Shown here: positions 11,411 through 20,000 of the stretch, piece by piece | How the letters are laid out: each line of letters opens with the position of its first letter | How positions within the stretch are numbered: position 1 is the stretch's first letter | NCBI GenBank assembly: GCA_008632985.1 | Contig: QPGO01000291.1 | Span: 50,265 to 70,264, forward strand | Length of the DNA: 20,000 bases | Direction of reading: 5' to 3' | Source: Psammoneis japonica | Taxonomy: Eukaryota | The notes under the pieces: generated by a model | Seen by the model: the letters and a program-made list of their open reading frames with translations, nothing else | The model's database searches: none | Told to the model about the DNA's origin: nothing | Made by a program: the position numbers and the translations under genes

Positions 11411-12129
11411 ACAGAGACAACACATGCACCAGCAAGAGCAAGTGACAAACAGATCTCAGAGAGACATGTGCTCATCTGTCTGAGCCTGATGCCTGACCAT
11501 CATCTGCCCAAAGTCCAGCCACACACACCAGGGCAGATCAACTGACACTTGTGGCAAGTTCTGGACAAATCCAAAGAAAACTAAAGAAAACCCTGCATCT
11601 TGCCAGTGCCTTCAGAGAAATGAAACAGACAATTCTTTTTTAATGATGACATGGATTTTGCTGCATTTTCACAAATGTTGCATTTAAATTTGTTTGTTCT
11701 CAACAGATTGGGGGGAGTGGAAACCTTTGCACAGAAAGCCAAGACTCTTTGCAGTGCCAAGTGTTGGGCAGACTTGCTTGGGTTGGCAAGCACAGCACCA
11801 GAGAGAGGCAAACTGGAGGATGATGAGGAGGAGCAAAAGGAAATGAGAGTCAACTTAAGAGCATGGAGCATTCATCATGGAAATCTGCAATCTGCCACTT
11901 TTGGAAAGTCCAGGAACAACCAGCAAACCAGGTTGCTCTTGTCTCCAAACATTTGAGTGACTGCTTGGGTTGCTGATTGCAGAGGCACCCAGACAAATTC
12001 TTTCCACAAAGAGATGTTCACGTGGCTTGGGATCCTCTTCTTCACCTCTGAACATCAAGACGACCAATGAGAGCCAAGGGGTTGCTCCCTGGTGAGGTGT
12101 TGACATTGCACTTCCAAGGAAGGGAGTGT

Positions 12130-13014
12130 TCTTCAATGCCGCAGCCCCAAAATCTCAGTTGCAACAGGGCTCAGCTGCCCTTGAAAGGCAGTGTGTGTGG
12201 GTTGACTGCTGCCGCTGCAACTGCTGCTGCCACTGTCATTGTGAATGCCACCATCACAACTGCTTGCCATTGCAGCTGCTGTTGTTGTTGCAGCTGCTGC
12301 TGTTTTGACCACTGACATTGTGCAGCTGCTGCTGCAGTTTGCAGCTGGCACACACACCATTGCAACAGCTGCTGTCATTTTCACTGCTGCACTGTGGCTT
12401 CTGCCATTGCAACCACTGCCATTGCAGCTGCCATTTTTGTGACTGCCGCCATTGCGACTGCTGTCATTGCGACCACTCTTGCAAAGAGATGGCACTCAGT
12501 GGAGCAGGGATTGCAAAGGCAGTCAATCACAGCCAACTGCTTCTGTTGCAAGGACTGCCATTTCTGCTGCTGCTGCTGCTGTTGTGACCACTCCTGCCAT
12601 TGTTGTGACCACTCCTGCCATTGTGACTGCTGCCATTGCAGCTGCCACTGCTCAGATTGCTGCTGCTGAAGCTTGGCTGTGCTTTTGCTTTTTGCATCAA
12701 TTGGTGGCAAAATTCTCTCCACATCTTGCTCATTCTTGAAATCCCATTTTGCCTGCCTGCACCCTTCCTCTGTGTCTGGCACCCTCACGCAAGTGCTCCT
12801 TTGCTTGTTTGCTGTGGCACTCAATTCTGCCACCCTCTCCTTGAGCATGGCAAGCCTCCTGCCTGGGGCATCCAAAAGGTGGGCGCATTTTGCTTTCGTG
12901 CCAACTCTTCTTCTTTAGCATCACACTTAGCCCCAAACAGGGCTTCTTGTCCTTTGGCATGGGTGACTCTTCTGTCAGAGCCCTTTCCACTGCCAACGCT
13001 GCCGGTTCCGCCAC
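12130..13014 (-). pseudogene. Probable degenerate coding sequence with a Ser/Gly/Asn-rich low-complexity tract; origin (host gene or TE) unknown
   Basis: Protein-like, frameshifted segments AEPAALAVERALTEESPMPKDKKP, LKERVAELSATANKQR and DFKNEQDVERILPPID, followed by repeated S(C/H/R)NG units. Confidence 0.4.
12200..12670. repeat. Low-complexity triplet-based repeat (GCT/GCA runs, CTGCCATTG units)
   Basis: Multiple ctgccattg(c) copies, a (tgc)n run at about 12565-12580, and ttgtgaccactcctgccattg twice at about 12582-12623. Confidence 0.85.
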
Positions 13015-13019
13015 GGTGA

Positions 13020-13135
13020 TTGGTGCTTCACATCCGGCCTACTTTGGCGTGTTGGAGTCGAGTTAATCAAATGACGGCTGGCGACGGGCGGAGCGCGGTG
13101 CCGTCCGGCCGGTAATACAAAGTAAGGTTTTAGCG
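13020..13135. promoter_or_regulatory. CpG-rich segment at the domain boundary, upstream of VTA1 (candidate promoter or boundary element)
   Basis: 13 CG in 120 bp (gcgacgggcggagcgcggtgccgtccggccgg), directly adjacent to the CpG-free domain. The function is inferred only from position. Confidence 0.35.
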
Positions 13136-13432
13136 ATAAAACACAGAGCCTGAGAAGGGTAGTCGAACTCATTGTTGCTTGTTCGAAGTTGGCTAGAGAC
13201 GCTTTGGAGCCCATTCACTCGCTAAATTGTACGTTCCATCTTCTGATTCTCGCGGGTCAACTACTTACCTGGGTCAAACTGATGCAGGAGTGCGTCGCGC
13301 TGTTTTTTCCTCGATGTTCGAGAATTTCTGAATCGTGTTTTCGTCTCGTTGATTTGTTCCGCAACAAAAGCTCTCTCACTCTGCATCTGTTCATATCAGC
13401 ATATAGATTGAATACAAGTTTTCATTGCAATC

Positions 13433-14454
13433 ATGCCTCTTTCTATTCCACTAGAATTGAAAAAGATCACTCCCTTTGTGAAACGAGCCGAAGAGTTGGA
13501 TCGTGACAAGGCCAATCCCGAGTCCCGTCTCGTTGCCTATTATTGTCGTCAATACGCGGTCCATGTCGGAATTCCCCTGGCCTCGTCGTCGCCGGCTGGA
13601 AAGACGTGTTTAGGAACTCTCTTGGGAGAATTGGAAAAAGAAAAGGAGGCCATGAGCAATTTTACCCGTGACGAATCCAAGTATTTGTGCCGTACCTTTG
13701 CCGACAAGGTGTTTGACAAGGCGGACGCGGAGGACCGAGCGGGTGCCGCGACAAAGGCCACGGCGAAAACCTTTTATGCGGCAGCAACCTTTTTTGAAAT
13801 TTTGCAACAATTCTATAAAGAAGGAGAAGAACCAACGGCGGATCAAGAAGAGGAGCGAAACAAGACGGTGTATTCCAAGTGGAAAGCGACAGAAATTCTG
13901 AAGGCAATCAAGGAAGGGAGACAGCCGACTCCTGGTGGGTACAATGAAGAAAAGGACGCAGAGGAGGAAGAGGAAGTTGTGGAGGAGGAACAGCAAGGAG
14001 ACGATAAGGAAGAAGAAGGACCTTCAGAGGAGGACGAACCCGTGGAGGAAATGGATGAGGCGCCGCCCGAGGAGCAGCCTGAGGATGAGGATGAAGGTAC
14101 TGAAGTTGAGCTTCTTGGCCCGCCTCCTGAATACCCTGGTGGGACTGAATCATCACCTCCAGAAGTCTTTGTGGATGATCGACCGCCGATTGCCCCTCCA
14201 ATGGCTCCTCCGGAACCTCCGTCGTTTCCTGTTGCCCCAGTTGAGCCAGCGGCACCACCACCGGCCGCAAGTCGTCAAACAAGTGGTTTGGACCCAAGAA
14301 GAAGAACAAGGCTGCACCACCCGGTCGTGTATCGAATGACGCAATAGAGGATGCCAAGGAGCTGACCAAGTTTGCCTTGTCGGCGCTGGAAAGCAAGGAC
14401 GTGGAGCTTGCGAGTTCACGACTGCAACAAGCATTGGAAGCTTTGGGTCGGTAG
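13433..14454 (+). CDS. VTA1: Vacuolar protein sorting-associated protein VTA1/LIP5 (Vps4 cofactor), with an apparent -1 frameshift near 14245-14285
   Basis: N-terminal tandem MIT region (ITPFVKRAEELD...VAYYCRQYAV...FADKVFDKADAEDRAG...TAKTFYAAATFFEIL...YSKWKATEILKAIKEGRQPTPG) and an acidic/Pro-rich linker. The C-terminal VSL domain (AIEDAKELTKFALSALESKDVELASSRLQQALEAL) lies in the -1 frame and ends at TAG 14452-14454. Confidence 0.93.
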
Positions 14455-14616
14455 ATACCTGTTGGAATCCTTTTGTGGTTCTTTGCCTCGTATCATTGTG
14501 GAGTTCGACATGAAACTCGTCAATAGACGAATGAATGCTAGAGTGTTATCTACTGTACTCTAGAGAACACACGGTCTGGAATCCTTTACCTAATTTTCTT
14601 CTCTAATTTTCTCACG

Positions 14617-16311
14617 TCAGATGCTTGCTTCATCGGGCGTCTGCGTTTGCGACTGCTTCAGAATCGAAATCTTTCTAGTGCGAAAGTAGTTTGCTTCCAA
14701 CAGCTGAATGACTGAAGTTGTTGACATGTCCTCGACACTTATATCCTCAATGGCCACAATGACATCACCACTGTGGATGCCTTGTGAGTTCCAAATCGAT
14801 CCGTCCTTTATGTTTGTTACAACCAACTTGTATCCGTCAGACTTTATGGACAAGCCAATCTCTCCGGGTGGGATTTCAACGTGGTGTAGTTGTTGCTGTA
14901 TTTCTTCAGTCGCACGATATCCATAGCAATGAAACTCATCACTGGGACAACTAGACTGCGACGAAACTGACATTGTGCTGACACTGTCGCCATCATGCAT
15001 CTCTTGTGCATGTACCCAGAAGGATCCTTCTGTACCAGCACTACTCTGTGATAGTGACATCTCATCCGCATCGAAGTTAATGATTATGTTGCCGGCATGG
15101 CATGGCTGTTCATCCACAAAGTACTCATTAAATGGTGTATGTTGGGTCTCGCCTCTTGATACGGATGGCTGTTCATCAACAAAGAATTCATCCAATGGCG
15201 TATATTGAGTCTCGCCTCTTGATACGGATGTGGTTTGTTCAATCGGTAAATGAACTGTTGACTCTGAAGCTTTTTGCCAAGGCTGGTGCCGAGAAATATT
15301 TGTTGCATTTCTATCAGAGTGCGTCAATCTTGGGCTGACCTCTGCGTCGGTGTTACGCCGGCTTACACTGAAAATGTCGTGGGAGTAGATTTATTGGCAG
15401 AGCTGTTTCTATTTCCACTTGATTCTGTGCTCCGACCTACTATACGATTGCTTACTGGCCTTGTTGGAAGGTACAGCTCTGTTGTTTCCAGCCTCCGGTA
15501 CCCTGTTTCCGCTCCACGCGATCTAAATCAACAAGAATACAGCAACAGGTAAGATGCACGGGATGGGCACAAGAAGCGCCAGCCAGATTATTTCGTTTAC
15601 CGACCTTCTTCGCTTGTGAAGAAACCCTCGACGACTTTGTTCAAAATGTATCAAGAGACCAACACTCACACCACCAAGGAAACAAACCAGCAGGATTGGT
15701 GGGCGGTCTCGTGCAGAATCAACCTCGGAAGCCTTGGTGAGCGACCGCGATATCAACTCGACATGACTTGTATTTTCAAAGTAAGATAAGCCAGTATCGT
15801 GTAAGTATCCAACAAAGTGGTCGCCCGACAAGTTGAACATTTTCGTAATCTTGTTTCGAATCTTCTTCTTGCCTGAAACGTCTTTGACGGACATCTCCTC
15901 AAGTGAGACCTCCGTTTTCACTCGAATCCAAGATAGCGCTCTGTTGTTCCGCAAGTTGCTACTCTCAAATCCTTTGTTCTTCTCAAGCCTCTGATCCACG
16001 AGACTGACGCGAAGGCTGCTAACGTTGTTCAATTCATCAAGGACGTAGTCTTGTAGGAAACGTTCACACGCTCGAGAAAAATGCTTTTCTTGTTCATCAT
16101 TCATCTCGTGTTGAACAGCATCGAGCAGCAAAACCATGGTGGACGAGACTGAAGATGAGCCTTCATTATCTTTGGTACGAGAAACTGAGTTTGAGTCCAT
16201 TGTTCTATTTACAAAGTTGGGACCTCTAATGTTGGACTTGGTTTCCAATCTTTTGCCTAGACAGGAAAAGACGAAACAAAGTAAAACTGAAGAGAACAGC
16301 CGCGCCTTCAT
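14617..16311 (-). CDS. Predicted single-pass membrane protein with a C-terminal PDZ domain (joins ORFs 16353-15523 and 15327-14617)
   Basis: Signal-like N-terminus MKARLFSSVLLCFVFSCLG, then TM ILLVCFLGGVSVGLLI followed by basic residues. Plausible 82-nt intron 15604-15523 (GTCGGT...CTTAC...TTTAG). PDZ: IPPGEIGLSI...VVTNIKDGS...IHSGDVIVAIEDISV. The join near 15370-15310 needs a second intron or a 1-nt indel. The PDZ call is firmer than the join. Confidence 0.7.
15102..15230 (-). repeat. 63-bp in-frame tandem duplication inside the PDZ gene
   Basis: Encodes SVSRGETQYTPLDEFFVDEQP and SVSRGETQHTPFNEYFVDEQP; atggctgttcatc occurs at 15102 and 15165. Confidence 0.92.
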
Positions 16312-17033
16312 GGGTTGCACTTGTATTACTCTTCCTTGTCTATAGACTGTCATTGCGTGTTATGTTTTGCTTCCTCTCGCCTCGAAAATAAACAAGATGG
16401 CGAATCTTTGCTTCCTTTCGGTTGGGCACCCCATTTTGTGAGCGTTGGAGACGATTTTTCAAAGTCAATGCGGAGCTACAGTACCGTGTCGTAGGGCCCT
16501 ACGTGGACTGTACGTACAGAGGGTTCGTACGAGATACACAGCACAGTTTGTTCAATATTAAACATATAACATATTATGGGTAATCATTCTTTAATAAAGC
16601 TTTGTGCATTTAATTTCAAAAACAGCTCCGATGATACATGCATCGGTCGCCACGTCCGTAAGATTTGTCGAAGTATCCAATGAATATAAATATTTCAAAT
16701 TTTTGTCGAATTTAAATCTTGACTACGAATAAATTTTCCATAAATAAAGGAATATTCAGACTCTTGCACATCATAAATGTCTTTAGAGTAATACAGACAC
16801 GAGGACAATCAATCATCCGTTGGTTTGCAAGTTTTCCCGCGCAAAGCATTCACCGCCACAACAAGACTCGCCTCATTTTTTTTTGCCTCGTGGTCGTGGT
16901 GTGATGCACACAAAAAGATTGGTTGACCACGACTCTGTTAAATGTTATCCCTCACTGTTGCGGCATCAAGTGATTGCTAAAATATTTGCAAAGTTGTCGA
17001 GAGGGTGACGAGTCACGTCTCAAGTTCCAGATC

Positions 17034-17828
17034 ATGTCGCACCATAGTGGTCATGTCAAGAGAAATGCTTCAGGCTCACGAAGTGGGTCAAACGAGGATG
17101 AGAATCCTTTAGCAATCCCGGACGCTGGCGTCCAGTACAATTTCCAAGGGCACTCTGGTTCTTCCCAGAATACCGGACTGCAGAGGGCGGAGGCAATGTT
17201 TGACACCGTTTTTGGTCCTTGTACCGGCGGATTTCGAGCAGTGACATCATATTTTTCTGAAAGGCGAGCACAATCGCATGACCATCCCGAGACACTGTCC
17301 CAGCTTTTGCGTAAACAATCAGGAGGCAAGAAACCGGTGCAAGCGAATCAAAGACCAGGCCTTCAAAACCGAACAGTGGATGTCCCAATCCACTGGGGAC
17401 AAAAGGACAAGTCATTGCATGATGGGGCCGGAGCTGTCAGGTGCGACGATTCCGCGATATCAGCGATATCAGCGTGCACCCTAGATGAGATGGCGCAACA
17501 TCACCATCCAAAAGTGATGCCACCACGCACAATACGTGAGAGACCGCCTCCAGTAACAACTTCTTTCCTCAAGAGTCGAAGCAACGCTTCACGTGGATCT
17601 TACCGCAGCAGTGAACAACCATCTTTGGCCGCGACTGCGTCAGGATCCTCGGGCGCAACAGATAACGATAGATTCAGCTGTGCTGTGCCGGCTATATCCA
17701 ACGAAATTGCTTGGGTTGACTCTTCCGGGAATGTAGACAGCATTCGCAATGAAGAAATAGCGATTGAAGTGATGCGGGAGCATGATATAATCATGTCCGA
17801 GTTAGCCGCCGGGGAAGCTGAGATATAA
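17034..17828 (+). CDS. Hypothetical protein (264 aa), Ser-rich and probably largely disordered
   Basis: Long open frame from ATG 17034 with normal composition and AT-rich flanks. No recognisable domain. Confidence 0.75.
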   Translation: MSHHSGHVKRNASGSRSGSNEDENPLAIPDAGVQYNFQGHSGSSQNTGLQRAEAMFDTVFGPCTGGFRAVTSYFSERRAQSHDHPETLSQLLRKQSGGKKPVQANQRPGLQNRTVDVPIHWGQKDKSLHDGAGAVRCDDSAISAISACTLDEMAQHHHPKVMPPRTIRERPPPVTTSFLKSRSNASRGSYRSSEQPSLAATASGSSGATDNDRFSCAVPAISNEIAWVDSSGNVDSIRNEEIAIEVMREHDIIMSELAAGEAEI

Positions 17829-18231
17829 AACAGGACGTGCTATATTGGAACAAGTTCCTACAGTATAAAATAACGATATTTTATTAACTACCAAACTCAT
17901 TGCAAGATGCATAAGCGCTTCCTCTGTCCTATCTGTACTCGTATGGACTGCCACACCACTGGTAACAAAGCAAGACACGCGACGTCGAGGTGCAACAGAT
18001 AGAGAAACACTTTGTAGCCTCTCTAGAGTAGAGGGGAGTTTACATTATAAGCAACCAAATTTGCAAAGATTTTTGAAAAACACAACTATCAATGTTCAAG
18101 CTAATATCTTTTTTAAGATTCTAAAGAGGACCTGCGCTTACTACTCACGCAGGCGACCACAACATTACCACTAAACACAAAAGAACTTGTCATGCGAGCA
18201 ACGTATCCAGGTGGTGGAAACAAAGCAGCAA

Positions 18232-19186
18232 TCAGATGAATGGCGGTGCGGGCGGTGGACCAGATGACACGCTTGAGCGTGGTTTGATCAAAGGACTACC
18301 ACCGACACTTCTTGCTGACGTGCTTCGCGACGCACCCAAGCAGTGGGGACTGTTCGGCAGGCTTGACACCGCGCCAGGGAGCTTGTACTCATAGACAATT
18401 GGCTCATTCCGTGGAGAATGAGGTACCCCCGAATCGCTTCCCCAACTCATTGATCGTCGCCTCCATTTATCTGGCCGCTCGCCGGCCGGGTGACTCACGT
18501 CGTAATAGTCACTCTCTTCCAAATGTAGGTTGATTTTCTCAATGATGAACTTGCCCTCCTTGTACTTCTGACTAGACTCGTATGCCTTTGCATACGTCCA
18601 CCCCACCATTCCCTTGCACCGCTTGCAGAATATATCACAGACGCTGTGCAGGCCTGTGATGAGCAGTCGATCCTCTGCCGGACCAATTGTAATGTTCACG
18701 CACTGGTCGAATAGGTAAGCGCGACCTGACAATTGAAACATACAGCAGACTAGCGTGAGAACCAGCGTCTAACTCATCGAATAATAAAGTACTGGGACCA
18801 GCTCGGAATCAAGACTCACCATGGCGCCCGTGAAAGCTCTTGGAAATGATATCGTCGTGGCTCGTAAGGTGCGTACGGCACTGGCCACAGGTATATATTT
18901 GAGGTCCGTCAAGATATACCATTGAATCATTTTCTTTTCGCGCATTTTCTCCTCTGGCTTTGGCCAAAGCCTCAGACGCATCGCTAATGGACTTTTTGCT
19001 CCCCGGAGAAGATACAAAGCGAGGAGATGACATTGAAGAGCTTTTTCTTCTAGTGGCAGCGGGTGATCTTGGTGAAAACTTGAAAGCACCTTCTGTGTCG
19101 CGAGATCTTGATCGAGAACGAGATCCAGGCACTGGCGATATCAGCGATACCTCCGTAGGAGGTCTCACTGCGGTATGGCTGCTCAT
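18232..19186 (-). CDS. YPEL: Yippee/YPEL-family zinc-binding protein, 2 exons (19186-18820 and 18725-18232), 286 aa
   Basis: [31 protein letters not shown]...[44 protein letters not shown] 94-nt intron 18819-18726 (GTGAGT...TGTCAG) joins the exons in frame (861 nt). Confidence 0.96.
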
Positions 19187-20000
19187 GACGGGAGAAGATG
19201 AGTGATGTCTCGTGCGGTGCTGCCGAGCGATCGAAGGAGACTGATCGTCAACACGAACGATGTTGGCAACCCAAACAGATGGCTAACTGGTGCGGATGTA
19301 GTCCCGGTGCGTGGCGAGGCTTGCGTTGCACGGGACGAGCTTCGATTGACTGAACTTTGTGTGTGCCCTAATCGATGGCGCGTGTGAGCAAGAAACCATT
19401 AGTGAGAACGTGGAAGGCTCGAGCTCAAGCAAGGTGCCAGAATATGTTGCAACAAAAACAGACTCACCGTCCCTGTATGCCATAATCAAAGTGCGCTTTC
19501 AAAGAATGCGATGCCACTTTTCGAAAGCAAATCAAACAAGTCGTTATGCTTATCAAAACTGGACAAGAGCAAGAAGCAGGGAGGAAAGTAGATTTCTTCG
19601 TCGCAGATAAGAATGGTGTTTCTTCTTTCTTCCCGTAACGAAAATCGGGGCAGGAGAACTTAACAAGAAGAAGCAAGTAAGCAGGAGATGGAAAGACAAG
19701 TGAAGTTAGTTACACGTTGAGACTAAATATGCAGGAAAAGTTCTGTTCATGACGTACGGGAATTGCGGAGCACCGGGGGAGAGGAATTCGCACCACGAAG
19801 ATAACGTGATAGTTCTTCAAGGTCTGCAATTCTTATTCACCCCACTTCTGAGTTCCAAAAGATTGAGAATAGAGGAAATGATGTTGTCCTGGATCTGTCA
19901 AAATAGGAAGCGAATGAGATAGAGAATGAAGTGTGAGCGAAGAGACAACACACTGTGATTTTTTGTTTTGATGGGAAGGAAGAAAAGAGAGGAACACGAA

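Larger units (their letters stand above)
1..13000. other. Repeat-rich domain depleted of both CpG and TpA and enriched in TpG/CpA
   Basis: Hand counts: 2 CG and 2 TA in bases 1-600, and roughly 50 TA in the whole 13 kb. ORF translations from this region almost lack Tyr and are rich in Cys, His and Gln. Normal composition resumes at about 13,000. Confidence 0.95.

Noticed and set aside
12067..12739. Poly-Cys, poly-Ala and poly-Gln ORFs as metallothionein, antifreeze or polyQ proteins
   Set aside because: They are alternative-frame readings of one TGC/GCA-rich low-complexity tract in a stop-depleted region.
1..13000. Classical fungal RIP as the cause of TE decay
   Set aside because: RIP depletes CpA/TpG, enriches TpA and AT content, and adds TAA/TAG stops. 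The opposite pattern is seen here.
1..13000. Bisulfite or other chemical sequencing artefact
   Set aside because: The changes are strand-symmetric and context-specific, C outside CpG is retained, and contiguous genes downstream are normal.
19200..20000. Short ORFs upstream of the Yippee gene
   Set aside because: They are 60-83 aa with no recognisable domain; this is probably 5' UTR, promoter or intergenic DNA.

Overview
Eukaryotic DNA, most likely from a diatom (inferred from the copia lineages, protein style and 80-95 nt GT-AG introns), split into two sharply different domains. Bases ~1-13,000 are a graveyard of nested, truncated Ty1/copia LTR-retrotransposon fragments (four pieces, about three lineages) plus unassigned degenerate DNA. 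Bases ~13,000-20,000 are ordinary gene-dense DNA: VTA1/LIP5, a membrane protein with a C-terminal PDZ domain, a hypothetical protein and a Yippee/YPEL gene. The standout signal is compositional. The repeat domain has lost almost all CpG and also almost all TpA, with a large TpG/CpA excess (hand count: 2 CG and 2 TA in bases 1-600, versus 13 CG and 7 TA in bases 13,021-13,140). Conserved retroelement Arg residues read as His/Cys/Gln/Trp, as expected from 5mCpG decay. Conserved Tyr residues read as His or Cys, which implies directional TpA->CpA/TpG (A:T->G:C) transitions. That is the opposite of fungal RIP and is not explained by cytosine methylation alone. It is a candidate repeat-targeted hypermutation system. 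Consensus motifs quoted for comparison are recalled from family knowledge, not from a search, and all counts were made by eye.
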